A program made the position numbers and the translations under genes. Positions 29,770 through 39,522 of a DNA stretch of 64,000 bases are shown one piece after another; position 1 is the stretch's first letter; every line of letters starts with the position of its first letter. The notes below the pieces were generated by a model, which ran no database searches, was not told the DNA's origin, and saw nothing but the letters and a program-made list of their open reading frames with translations. The DNA lies in NCBI GenBank assembly GCA_028703535.1, contig JAQVMQ010000001.1, positions 8,818 to 72,817 on the forward strand, given 5' to 3'. Origin of the DNA: Candidatus Omnitrophota bacterium (GTDB lineage: Bacteria > Omnitrophota > Gorgyraeia > Duberdicusellales > 4484-171).

Positions 29770-30495
29770 CTATTTCATGGCTAATAATGATACGAAATTA
29801 AAACACTGAAACCATTTATATGTTTTTTTGAACCCAGATCTTTTCAAGCGTTTTATATGAGTATCTATGGTGTCAGATACAAGCACATTTTCAAGTGCCG
29901 TACGTTTACGGGATATCTCAAGCTTGGAATACCCGTTAAGCTCTTTAAAGACATGATAGAGTTCAGTCTGCAACATATCTTCATTTTTGTCTTTAAATTT
30001 TACTTTTTCAGATAATAAAAGTATGCCGCCCGGTTTCATACCTTTATATATTTTTTTTAATAACTTAAGCCGGCTGTCAGGTGATATAAATTGAAGAGTA
30101 AGATTTAATATGACCATAGAAGCATTACCTATATGTATATTGCATATATCGTCAGTCACGATGTTAATCACATTTTTATCCGAAAAAACCGAAAGTTTGG
30201 CCTTACATAATTCAGTCATAGCCTTGGAACTGTCAACTGCGATAAGCGAACTATTTTTAGCCTTCAAGTTCTCAAGTACCGCTTTTGAAGCTATTCCTGT
30301 AGATGCTCCCAAATCGTAACAATTAGTATTGTCCTGTATATATTTGCCGGCAAGAAGCCCGATCATCGCGACAATTGACGCATAACCCGGGACAGACCGG
30401 GATATCATATCATCAAAAACTGATGCAACAGTTTCATCAAAGACGAAATCACCCATATTAGGGTCTTTAGACAAAAATATATCGTCGCGTTTCAT
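29770..30495 (-). CDS. cmoA: Carboxy-S-adenosyl-L-methionine synthase CmoA
   Basis: Class I SAM-MTase fold, CmoA-like motifs; start set to internal Met (MKRDDIF) to remove overlap with ahcY. Confidence 0.8.
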   Translation of the reverse strand: MKRDDIFLSKDPNMGDFVFDETVASVFDDMISRSVPGYASIVAMIGLLAGKYIQDNTNCYDLGASTGIASKAVLENLKAKNSSLIAVDSSKAMTELCKAKLSVFSDKNVINIVTDDICNIHIGNASMVILNLTLQFISPDSRLKLLKKIYKGMKPGGILLLSEKVKFKDKNEDMLQTELYHVFKELNGYSKLEISRKRTALENVLVSDTIDTHIKRLKRSGFKKTYKWFQCFNFVSLLAMK

Positions 30496-30502
30496 CCGGT
30501 AA

Positions 30503-31903
30503 TCAATATCTATAATAATCAGGTTTATACGGCCCGCCTTTATCAACACCAATATATTTTGCCTGTTCATCAGTCAATCGTGTAAGCTTAACACCTATTT
30601 TGGCTAAATGCAGGCGCGCGACTTCTTCATCAAGTTTTTTTGAAAGACAATAAACCTTCGGTTCATACTTGTCCCTGTTCACCCAGAGATCAATCTGCGC
30701 CAAAACTTGATTAGTAAAAGAATTAGACATTACATATGACGGATGCCCCGTAGCACAGCCTAAATTCACAAGTCTTCCTTCAGCTAACAGAAATATTTCA
30801 TGGCCATCAGGAAAAGTATATTTATCTACCTGCGGTTTAATATTTAATTTTTTTATACCCTTGAAATTCTCAAGTGCCGCTACCTGTATCTCATTATCAA
30901 AATGCCCTATATTACAAACAATAGCCTGATCTTTCATCTTAAGCATATGTTCTATACGTATTATATCCTTATTCCCGGTAGTAGTAACATAAATATCAGC
31001 TATACCCAAAGTATCCTCTATCGGCTTAACCTCATAACCTGCCATAGCAGCCTGCAACGCGCATATCGGATCAATCTCTGTAACTATAACACGCGCGCCA
31101 AATCCACGCAACGATTGGGCTGAACCTTTACCTACATCACCATAGCCGCATACAACCGCTACTTTACCGGCAATCATAACATCGGTCGCTCTTTTTATTC
31201 CGTCCGACAATGATTCACGACAGCCGTATAAATTATCAAATTTTGATTTCGTTACCGAATCATTAACATTTATTGCCGGTACACGCAAGGTTTCATCTTT
31301 GGCCATTTGATATAACCGATGAACACCTGTTGTTGTTTCCTCAGATACTCCTTTCCATTCCTCAACCAAATTATGCCATTTAGAAGGTGTTTGCTTAAGT
31401 CCCTCCTCTATAAGCTTAATAAGCTCTTTCTCATCTTCACCGCAATTCGTCTTTTTTAGAATCGCCGGGCTATCTTCGGCGTCACAACCCATATGCAACA
31501 TCAATGTTGCGTCACCTCCGTCATCTACTATAAGATTCGGCCCTTTATTACCGGGGAATGTCAAAGCCCGCTCGGTACACCACCAATACTCAGCAAGCGT
31601 TTCACCTTTCCACGCGAACACCGGCACACCGGATCTCGCTATAGCTGCCGCCGCATGATCTTGGGTAGAAAAAATATTACAACTTGCCCAACGGACCTGA
31701 GCACCAAGCTCAACAAGCGTTTCTATCAATACTGCTGTTTGTATTGTCATATGCAATGACCCGGATATACGTACACCTTTAAGGGGTTTATTTTTTGAAT
31801 ATTTATCACGTACAGCCATAAGCCCCGGCATCTCACTTTGCGCTATATCAATCTCACGCCGTCCGAAATCAGCCAAAGCTATATCTTTTACCTTATAATC
31901 CAT
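30503..31903 (-). CDS. ahcY: Adenosylhomocysteinase
   Basis: [18 protein letters not shown]-terminus, NAD-binding GYGDVGKG, near full-length similarity to SAH hydrolase. Confidence 0.9.
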   Translation of the reverse strand: MDYKVKDIALADFGRREIDIAQSEMPGLMAVRDKYSKNKPLKGVRISGSLHMTIQTAVLIETLVELGAQVRWASCNIFSTQDHAAAAIARSGVPVFAWKGETLAEYWWCTERALTFPGNKGPNLIVDDGGDATLMLHMGCDAEDSPAILKKTNCGEDEKELIKLIEEGLKQTPSKWHNLVEEWKGVSEETTTGVHRLYQMAKDETLRVPAINVNDSVTKSKFDNLYGCRESLSDGIKRATDVMIAGKVAVVCGYGDVGKGSAQSLRGFGARVIVTEIDPICALQAAMAGYEVKPIEDTLGIADIYVTTTGNKDIIRIEHMLKMKDQAIVCNIGHFDNEIQVAALENFKGIKKLNIKPQVDKYTFPDGHEIFLLAEGRLVNLGCATGHPSYVMSNSFTNQVLAQIDLWVNRDKYEPKVYCLSKKLDEEVARLHLAKIGVKLTRLTDEQAKYIGVDKGGPYKPDYYRY

Positions 31904-31904
31904 T

Positions 31905-32675
31905 TTATTCTCCTTTGTTAAATGCAAAACGTTTAATTATTAATACTATCACTGTAATAATACACCGTAAATAGCCGGCAATAAAACTATCGGGCTTGAT
32001 TTTCTTAGCCCAAAACGGTGAATGTTTATAATAACATTTTATAAATACTCTGCCAATAAATAATTTAGACAAATAACCGTCCCGAAAAGACGACAAAACC
32101 TTGACCTCTTCGGACATAGCGCTCCCGTATAATGCCGTGGCAATAAAACATCCTTCACGGCTTGTTTTCTTCACACTCGACGCCACAACTGATACGGCAG
32201 AACCATTTTTAAAATAATCAAAAACATCTTTTTGACATTTTTTAAAAAAAACACCATGCCCAGTGCATTTTCGTAATTTGAGCTCTAAAACATGTGCTGT
32301 CTCATGTATAAAAGTATTAAAAAAATCATTTTCGTCAAGACATTCAAATAAATTGCAGATCTTATCTTTAAATCGCAGAAACCGTTTTGCTTTTAATGGG
32401 AAAATAACTATCGACTTCGGACGCGCTTTACCGTACCATGTAGCCCCGCGCCAGGTAATCTTATATTTATCCGATAAATACACCGGTATCCCCGGAATAT
32501 CAAAATAACGTACGGCTTTATTGTAAAAACTTTGTATTTCAGACCTGGCGGCTGATTTATATTTCCTAAATTTTGCGTCTGATCTTATTCGTTTATAGAA
32601 CTGCCCCAAAGTCATACCTGACTCGTTTGCTATGCCTTCAGTATAATTTTTAAAATCTAAATATTTTTCAAGCAT
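31905..32675 (-). CDS. SprT-like zinc-metallopeptidase domain protein
   Basis: HETAHVLE HExxH motif in SprT-like context followed by Cys/His cluster. Confidence 0.5.
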   Translation of the reverse strand: MLEKYLDFKNYTEGIANESGMTLGQFYKRIRSDAKFRKYKSAARSEIQSFYNKAVRYFDIPGIPVYLSDKYKITWRGATWYGKARPKSIVIFPLKAKRFLRFKDKICNLFECLDENDFFNTFIHETAHVLELKLRKCTGHGVFFKKCQKDVFDYFKNGSAVSVVASSVKKTSREGCFIATALYGSAMSEEVKVLSSFRDGYLSKLFIGRVFIKCYYKHSPFWAKKIKPDSFIAGYLRCIITVIVLIIKRFAFNKGE

Positions 32676-32732
32676 TGATCAATAAATTTATAAGAATTTG
32701 AAATATATGTATAACTACTATATAATCTCTTT

Positions 32733-33665
32733 ATGCGTAAAACAACATTTTTTCTTGTTATATTACTCACATGGCTGTCAGTTATGGCCTTTTATACCAA
32801 CCAAATACTACTATCCGGCAGCAGGCCCATTAAAACTATCAGAGAAATAACCGACATCTCAGCTCTGCCGGTAACGCCGCAGCTTATCGCCCTGGCCTCC
32901 GTAACGTGGCTTTTCCTTATTTTAGGAATAATAAATCTCTTTTCGATAATTTTTTCTAAAAAAGAGATTTATCCCAATAATAAGACTTCTCCGGTAATAC
33001 CCCAAAAAACTGTTCTAAAAATACTTTTTATGCTCATATTTTATTTTCTTCTCGTAACGTTCGGCATATCAAAAATAATTAACACAAAACTAATAGTCGA
33101 GCCTAATACAGCCTCCGCGATAGCCAACGCTATCTTACTCATAGGCTCAGCAGGCATACTACTCCAATTCGCGCCACGTGAGATAACAAGGATCAACTTC
33201 ACCCTTAATAATTTTAAATTAGCATTTAAAACTTTCACCGCTATATTGCCGGCGTGCCTGCTCGCAAAAATTATCAATATCAACTTAATCCATTTCTTTA
33301 ACATACCGGAAACTGTAAATCCCGCTATAAAGATACTTAATACAACTACCGACATAAAAACCGTGATACTGCTTTTTCTTCTGGTAAGCGTACTTGCGCC
33401 TATAACTGAAGAAATATTTTTTAGAGGGACATTATTCTCGGCCCTGCGAATAAAACGCAACTTCATGATATCCGCGATTTCAACCGCACTGCTTTTTTCT
33501 CTAATGCATGAAATATCCGCCGATATATTACCGCTTTTTTTCATCGGGATGTTTCTTGCATGGTCTTATGAACATTCTAAAGAGATATCTGTACCGATAA
33601 TGGTACACGCTTTGTTCAACGGCTGGATATCAATAATGCTTTTACTTATCAAAGCTTCCTTATAA
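32733..33665 (+). CDS. CPBP-family (CAAX/Rce1-like) intramembrane metalloprotease
   Basis: Motifs EEIFFRG, FSLMHE, HALFN in polytopic membrane protein. Confidence 0.75.
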   Translation: MRKTTFFLVILLTWLSVMAFYTNQILLSGSRPIKTIREITDISALPVTPQLIALASVTWLFLILGIINLFSIIFSKKEIYPNNKTSPVIPQKTVLKILFMLIFYFLLVTFGISKIINTKLIVEPNTASAIANAILLIGSAGILLQFAPREITRINFTLNNFKLAFKTFTAILPACLLAKIININLIHFFNIPETVNPAIKILNTTTDIKTVILLFLLVSVLAPITEEIFFRGTLFSALRIKRNFMISAISTALLFSLMHEISADILPLFFIGMFLAWSYEHSKEISVPIMVHALFNGWISIMLLLIKASL

Positions 33666-33778
33666 CAGCCGTAAAGCTTAAGCACTAAATAATAGACAAA
33701 GTTTGGTAAAAAACCATATAACCACAAATCTTAGAATCAAATCCTGGTTAAAGTTTATCTTTTATAGTCTTGGACAGA

Positions 33779-34555
33779 CTATTGATTGGCATAATCTTCC
33801 GCGGAGAGCGGCAAATGAAGAAGTTTTTTTATATTAGCTATCCGCTGTGAAGAAAACGGATGCGTCCTGAAATATTCTTTAGGCCGTATTTTGCCGCGCT
33901 CAAGATCCTCTATTTTTTGTAATAACGTTATCCCTGCATTAGGGTCATATCCAAGTTCAGAACTATACCGCACCGCAATCTCATCAGCATTAAACTCCGC
34001 ATCTTGAGAATATTCAGACATAAGTTGATTTAAAGCAAGCGCGACCCCCATCGTAAAGTCCGGGTCAGCCGATGGAGCAGTTGTCGATGCTGCTAATATA
34101 AGGTTATAGCCAAGTGCCGCCTGAAGCCGTTTTATGCCATGCCGGCTGACAATATGACCGACCTCATGCGCCAGCACAAAAGCCAGCTCATCATCAGTCA
34201 GTTTATCCAATAACCCTTTAAATACATAAACATACCCGCCGGGCAGCGAAAAAGCGTTAAGGTCATCTTTATCGATAATATAGAAATAATAAGAAACCGC
34301 TTGCCTGTCTGATACTGCCGCTATACGTTCACCGATATCATTGACGCGTTTTATATCAAACGGATTACGGGATATTTTATATTGTTCAGCTACCTGATGC
34401 GAAACATTAAGCCCGAGATTTATTTCTCGCTCATAAGAATACATCATTATATCCTGAGTATGAGAACCGGCATTATATTCGGTAGTAAAACAACCGTTAA
34501 AAGAAAAAATAAGAAGTATTAAAAAAAATAAAGATGAAATATGCTTTACACACAT
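33779..34555 (-). CDS. M48 family zinc metallopeptidase, probable lipoprotein
   Basis: Signal/lipobox-like FSFNGC, HEVGHIVSRH motif. Confidence 0.7.
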   Translation of the reverse strand: MCVKHISSLFFLILLIFSFNGCFTTEYNAGSHTQDIMMYSYEREINLGLNVSHQVAEQYKISRNPFDIKRVNDIGERIAAVSDRQAVSYYFYIIDKDDLNAFSLPGGYVYVFKGLLDKLTDDELAFVLAHEVGHIVSRHGIKRLQAALGYNLILAASTTAPSADPDFTMGVALALNQLMSEYSQDAEFNADEIAVRYSSELGYDPNAGITLLQKIEDLERGKIRPKEYFRTHPFSSQRIANIKKLLHLPLSAEDYANQ

Positions 34556-35094
34556 TACTTTAAATTAAAGTCGCTTTTGGTATACAGCGATACCAACGGA
34601 CAATCAATAGTGTCAAAAGCCTCTTTGGCACCTTCTTCCCTGTCAACAACAGAGACAGCCTTTACAACTTTATAACCGGCCTCACGTAATATCAAAACAG
34701 CTTTGATCAAAGATCCCCCGCTCGTTACTACATCGTCTACAACCGCAATTCTGTCACGTTTTAGCAGTACCGGGCCCTCTATGCTATTGCAACGCCCGTG
34801 TTGTTTCTGTTCTTTACGGACAAGAAAACCTTTTATAGGAGTTTTATTTAACGATGATAAATAGCATATACCGCCCACAATCGGATCGGCACCCATCGTA
34901 GGCCCGCCAAATGCGGTGATCTTATCTTTTTCCAATATAGGCCATATAAGTTTAGCTATAAGTTCAAGGCCTCGTGCATTTAAAGTTACTTTCCGCAAAT
35001 CTACATAAAAATCACTTATCTTACCGGATGCTAATTTTATCTGTTCGTTAAAAACAGCGTCCTTTTTTATGATCTTTTTTAATTCATCCCTCAT
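34555..35094 (-). CDS. pyrE: Orotate phosphoribosyltransferase (short type)
   Basis: PRPP-binding motif IAVVDDVVTSGGS. Confidence 0.75.
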   Translation of the reverse strand: MRDELKKIIKKDAVFNEQIKLASGKISDFYVDLRKVTLNARGLELIAKLIWPILEKDKITAFGGPTMGADPIVGGICYLSSLNKTPIKGFLVRKEQKQHGRCNSIEGPVLLKRDRIAVVDDVVTSGGSLIKAVLILREAGYKVVKAVSVVDREEGAKEAFDTIDCPLVSLYTKSDFNLK

Positions 35095-35118
35095 TGTAAT
35101 GCCTTTCTTTGTTGTGTA

Positions 35119-35793
35119 TCAGATATTCTCTCTATCTTCGTCAAAATAATCCAGCTCGCTTACAGGCAAAATAACCGAAGTCGAAATATTAGTTAAATGA
35201 GCAACTATACGTTTATAATAACGCGCCATAAGTGTAAAATAGACCGCTTCATTTACCGGCCAGTCAGAATGAGCAATAGTCGTAATAATCTTGTCACAAA
35301 GTTTAGCTATTTTCCGTTCATAATGCCATGAACTTACAGCCTGACTTTCGTCAGACTCCAAAAAAGCTTTTTTAGCTAACTCATATATCTCGTTTATCTC
35401 AACATCGGCTTCATTAAATATCTCACGATATCTCTTTGCGTTAAATTTTCCTTCAACCATAGTTGTTATCGTATAAAGATTTTTACAATAGTCACCTAAC
35501 CGTTCGGCATCTTTAACAACACTCATAAGTATAAGACATGTTGAAATATCAATAGACGGCTGTAATGCCAAGTGTTCAATGACACGTTTGCGTATCTCTT
35601 TTTCTTTTTCATTTATGTTTTTATCAATAGCGTATATTTTTTCTTTTAGTGAATCGTGCTGTTCATCACGCAGTAACACACCACACACTATATTAAACAT
35701 GCTTTGTGAACTATTCAGCATATTCTGGAAATCTTCGAAAACTTGGGTAAGAAAATCCTTACCTTTAAAAAAATTTTTTAAACTCTTAAACAT
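35119..35793 (-). CDS. PhoU-domain protein (phosphate uptake regulator-like)
   Basis: Two PhoU-like helical repeats; adjacent to Na/Pi cotransporter. Confidence 0.55.
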   Translation of the reverse strand: MFKSLKNFFKGKDFLTQVFEDFQNMLNSSQSMFNIVCGVLLRDEQHDSLKEKIYAIDKNINEKEKEIRKRVIEHLALQPSIDISTCLILMSVVKDAERLGDYCKNLYTITTMVEGKFNAKRYREIFNEADVEINEIYELAKKAFLESDESQAVSSWHYERKIAKLCDKIITTIAHSDWPVNEAVYFTLMARYYKRIVAHLTNISTSVILPVSELDYFDEDRENI

Positions 35794-35803
35794 CTAGTCC
35801 TCC

Positions 35804-36931
35804 TTACTTCATTAACTCAGATATCGCAATCAATATACCCGGCACAATAAAAAATAATGTTAGTACATATATGAAAATATAACGTTTTTTCCTGGCAGCC
35901 GCTTCGCCTAATTTACGCGCGCAGATAACCAAAAATGACCTAAGCGGCTTTATGGGATAAATAACACATACCCCTATCATATTAAATAAAAAATGTACAA
36001 ATGCAACTGTTATTGCCGCCGGGTTAGCCGTAGCAAAAGACGCAAGCATAGCGGTTACCGTAGTACCTATATTTGCACCCATAACAATAGGGAAAACCGT
36101 TTCTATATTCAATATTCCTGACGCTATAAGCGGTATCATTAAAGACGTTGTGATAGAAGAACTCTGTATTACCGCGGTGAATAATGTAGCTGCCAGAATA
36201 GCTACAACACCGTTTTTACCTAAAGTTTTATTCAGGACTATCTCAGCTTTCTCCAGAACAAGCATGCGCATGATCTTAACGATAAATGCTAAAGAAAAGA
36301 ATAAAAGAACAAGTGACGCAGTAAGCATTAATATATATAAGAGTTGCAAGTTAGTGCCGATAAAATATTTTAAAATCTCAAAAATTATATGTATAACCGG
36401 CTGAGTAAGTACTTTAAGAGGGCTGGTAAAAGTCATGCCCCCGAAATGAGAAAACAAATTGCTCATATAGGAAGCCAGAATACCCAAAAAATTAGTCGTT
36501 AACTGTAAGGGGAACATTACTATTACACAAAATATATTAAAAAAATCATGTATAGTACCGCCCGAAACAGCACGTTTGAACTCCTCTTTACGGCCAATAT
36601 GAGCTATAGATACCAAAGTATTGGTTACAGTAGTGCCGATATTAGCACCCATGATAATCGGTATAGCATTAACAATCGTTAGTACACCTGAACTTACCAT
36701 CCCCACAACTATACATGTAGTAGTTGAAGAACTCTGCATGATACTTGTTGCCATTACTCCTATAAACAACCCTATAAACGGATTAGATGTAGTTTGAATA
36801 AGTTTTTCTGCAAACCCCTTTCCAAACCCTTTGAATGCCGCACCCATCAATCCTATGCTTATTAAAAATAAATAAACACAGAAAAGTACCCCGATGATTT
36901 TTAATATTGTTAGTATTGTTGATTTTTTCAT
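35804..36931 (-). CDS. Na+/phosphate cotransporter (NptA family)
   Basis: Duplicated QSSS motifs (MQSSSTTT, IQSSSITT) in polytopic membrane protein. Confidence 0.7.
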   Translation of the reverse strand: MKKSTILTILKIIGVLFCVYLFLISIGLMGAAFKGFGKGFAEKLIQTTSNPFIGLFIGVMATSIMQSSSTTTCIVVGMVSSGVLTIVNAIPIIMGANIGTTVTNTLVSIAHIGRKEEFKRAVSGGTIHDFFNIFCVIVMFPLQLTTNFLGILASYMSNLFSHFGGMTFTSPLKVLTQPVIHIIFEILKYFIGTNLQLLYILMLTASLVLLFFSLAFIVKIMRMLVLEKAEIVLNKTLGKNGVVAILAATLFTAVIQSSSITTSLMIPLIASGILNIETVFPIVMGANIGTTVTAMLASFATANPAAITVAFVHFLFNMIGVCVIYPIKPLRSFLVICARKLGEAAARKKRYIFIYVLTLFFIVPGILIAISELMK

Positions 36932-37111
36932 TAGATAAGTATTATCCCTAACGGATTATGATTATATAAGACAAAAAACATATACGCAAGAAAAAGTTTT
37001 ATTCGGCCAACGGCTAATAATCTAGCTATTGCTATTAGAGTGTGTCCACACACGTATCATATACTGATAAACTCATCTAGTTTTACTTTACTGCAGACAT
37101 ATGTCTTATGT

Positions 37112-37165
37112 CTTCCCGCCGCCCTATTACTATATATTGAGGCGGGTCCGCCTTTGGCGAAATGC
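37112..37165. repeat. GC-rich palindromic repeat, copy 2
   Basis: cttcccgccgccctattactatatattgaggcgggtccgcctttggcgaaatgcc; ends 1 nt before stop codon of 37167..38057. Confidence 0.6.
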
Positions 37166-37166
37166 C

Positions 37167-38057
37167 TTAATATGGGTTACGTCTAATATATTCAAGTATT
37201 TTAATATCTGCCGGGGCAAGCTCCAATTTCGCCGCATCAACAAAATCAAAAAAACCTAAAGAATCACAATCTTTAGCATACGGCACCCCTGATATTATAA
37301 CGCATTTAATAAACTCGATATATATCTTTAACGTTTCATTTTCGTCCGTAAAATCAGACAGTTTTTCCTTAGCATGAACAACCAGGCCTGTTTCTTCGAA
37401 TATTTCACGTTCAATAGCCTCAAATGCAGTTTCACCAGATTCTATACATCCGCCGGGGAATTCCCATAGCCCTCCAAAAGTATCGTTTTCTTTACGCTTA
37501 CAAAGTAAAAATTTTCCGTCTTCGACTATATACGCGCCGGCTACATCAAGAGTCTTTTTTGCTTTCTTATTATCCAATATTTTTTCTAAACAATAATCAT
37601 CCATAACAAAACCTTCTCCAATATCTGTAAGTACAGACCCCGAGATTCTAAATCCCATATGCTTATATGTATCAATCGAGTCTTTATTGTTTTTATGTAC
37701 ACGCAGAAAGATCCTCTTGATATTTCTTGATAACGCTATTTTTTCCAATAATCTGAAGACACTTTTCGCATGTCCCCTGCCCCTATATTCTACGGCTACA
37801 TATAATTTACTTAGGAATAGTCCGTCATCTTCTATATCAAAAGAAAAATAACCTGCCGGAGACTTATCATCTATTATGTAATACTCTGATTTACCTGAAA
37901 ACACCCGGCAAGCGATAGCATCCGCTGTTTGAAATTTAGAAAGCATATACACTGTTTGCTCACGACCGATTATAGGAATGTAATGTTCAAGCCATATCGT
38001 ACGCGCAAGATTCTCTATAAGTTTGAAATCATCTTTATTTGACGCTTTATACAGCAT
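37167..38057 (-). CDS. GNAT N-acetyltransferase fused to NUDIX hydrolase
   Basis: N-terminal GNAT fold (RGRGHAKSVF), C-terminal NUDIX box GGLWEFPGGCIESGETAFEAIEREIFEETG. Confidence 0.7.
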   Translation of the reverse strand: MLYKASNKDDFKLIENLARTIWLEHYIPIIGREQTVYMLSKFQTADAIACRVFSGKSEYYIIDDKSPAGYFSFDIEDDGLFLSKLYVAVEYRGRGHAKSVFRLLEKIALSRNIKRIFLRVHKNNKDSIDTYKHMGFRISGSVLTDIGEGFVMDDYCLEKILDNKKAKKTLDVAGAYIVEDGKFLLCKRKENDTFGGLWEFPGGCIESGETAFEAIEREIFEETGLVVHAKEKLSDFTDENETLKIYIEFIKCVIISGVPYAKDCDSLGFFDFVDAAKLELAPADIKILEYIRRNPY

Positions 38058-38068
38058 AGCAACTATTG

Positions 38069-39514
38069 TTAAAAAATATTACCTTTATTAAACATCCCGT
38101 ACGGATCAAAAACCTTCTTCACTTGCCGCATTTTATTGATCGTTTCCTTACCATACATCATAGCCAAATATTCACGTTTAAGTTTTCCCACCCCATGTTC
38201 GGCCGATATACTGCCTCCCAGTGATATGGCTTTAGCCGCGAACTCTTTCATATATTTTTTAGCTGAAAATGACTCTTCATCGGTACACGGCAAAAAATTA
38301 AAATGTAAATGTGCTTCACCTATATGCCCAAAATTAACGTATCGTATGCCTGATTGTTCGGCATTTATCTTATAAAACTCATATAACTTTAAAAACTTAT
38401 CATGCGGAACCGCAAGGTCTGCAGATAGTTTCACTTGGCTATATTTGCGTAAAAACTCATTTATGTTTTGCGGTATCTTATGCCGAAAATCAAACAATTT
38501 GGCACGTTCAGCCTCAGTCTCGGCTATTATCACTGTATCCAATATCGCATTATTCCTCTCAAGAATACGCATCCATACATCAAGTGAAGCGTCCCTTTCT
38601 TCTTTTCTGTCGGATTCCTGTTCAAAGTATACCGCGCACATACAATCTGACGGGATGAAACTAAAATCCTCTTTAACAAAATCCAATGAATTCTTATCAA
38701 GAAACTCTAACGATGTAGGGTTAAACCCCTCTCTTAAACGTGCCGTACGGACAGAAGACACAAAATTAAAAGCATCATGTTCAGACACGAAAAAGGCCAG
38801 TCCGTCAAACACAGACCACGGTTTCTTTTGTAATTGCAAAGTAACAGACAATATTATACCAAGTGTACCTTCAGAGCCTATAAACAGATCTATAATATCC
38901 ATGTCCGCCTTGGTATAATAACCCGCCTGCGATTTACAATCAGGCATATTATAATCAGGCATATCAAATTCAAACTTTTTACCGTTTGATTCAAAACAGA
39001 ACTTATACCCATCGGCAAAGATACTTCCCCGCTTAAGATTTAATATTGTACCGTCATAAAGCATTACATCCATACCCAAAACATAACTTCGTATTGAACC
39101 GTACCGAAACCCGCGCATACCCGAAGCTGCGGTTGAAACAGCACCGCCGATACATGCCAACGATTCTGTCGGTACAGCACGCAGACAAAATCCATAACGT
39201 GCAGAAAAAGATTCTATTACAGATAAAGTGACACCTGCAGAGACCTTTAACACCCCGGCAGATTCATCTATCATGTTTATGGCATTAAAGCGCTCAAAAC
39301 TTATCACAGCGCCATTCTGCGGGACACAGCCGCCTGTAGTACCTGTTCGTCCGGCAGAGAATGTCACGACACGTTTTGACATTAGACAATCGGCCAATGC
39401 TTTCTTGAGATCATCGATATTTTCCGGTATATAAAGGATATCCGCACTGCCTGCGAGATTTGAGGTATCTTCAAGATAACTTTGAATTTCCGCTCTGTTG
39501 GTTTTATATATCAT
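38069..39514 (-). CDS. FAD-linked oxidase (GlcD/D-lactate dehydrogenase-like, PCMH FAD-binding domain)
   Basis: FAD-binding N-terminal domain motifs (VVTFSAGRTGTTGG) and C-terminal oxidase domain. Confidence 0.65.
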   Translation of the reverse strand: MIYKTNRAEIQSYLEDTSNLAGSADILYIPENIDDLKKALADCLMSKRVVTFSAGRTGTTGGCVPQNGAVISFERFNAINMIDESAGVLKVSAGVTLSVIESFSARYGFCLRAVPTESLACIGGAVSTAASGMRGFRYGSIRSYVLGMDVMLYDGTILNLKRGSIFADGYKFCFESNGKKFEFDMPDYNMPDCKSQAGYYTKADMDIIDLFIGSEGTLGIILSVTLQLQKKPWSVFDGLAFFVSEHDAFNFVSSVRTARLREGFNPTSLEFLDKNSLDFVKEDFSFIPSDCMCAVYFEQESDRKEERDASLDVWMRILERNNAILDTVIIAETEAERAKLFDFRHKIPQNINEFLRKYSQVKLSADLAVPHDKFLKLYEFYKINAEQSGIRYVNFGHIGEAHLHFNFLPCTDEESFSAKKYMKEFAAKAISLGGSISAEHGVGKLKREYLAMMYGKETINKMRQVKKVFDPYGMFNKGNIF

Positions 39515-39522
39515 TGAGAGAA

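Noticed and set aside
29770-30570. Longest cmoA ORF starting at 30570
   Set aside because: Would overlap ahcY by 68 nt and adds a non-conserved 25-aa leader; internal Met at about 30495 matches CmoA N-terminus.
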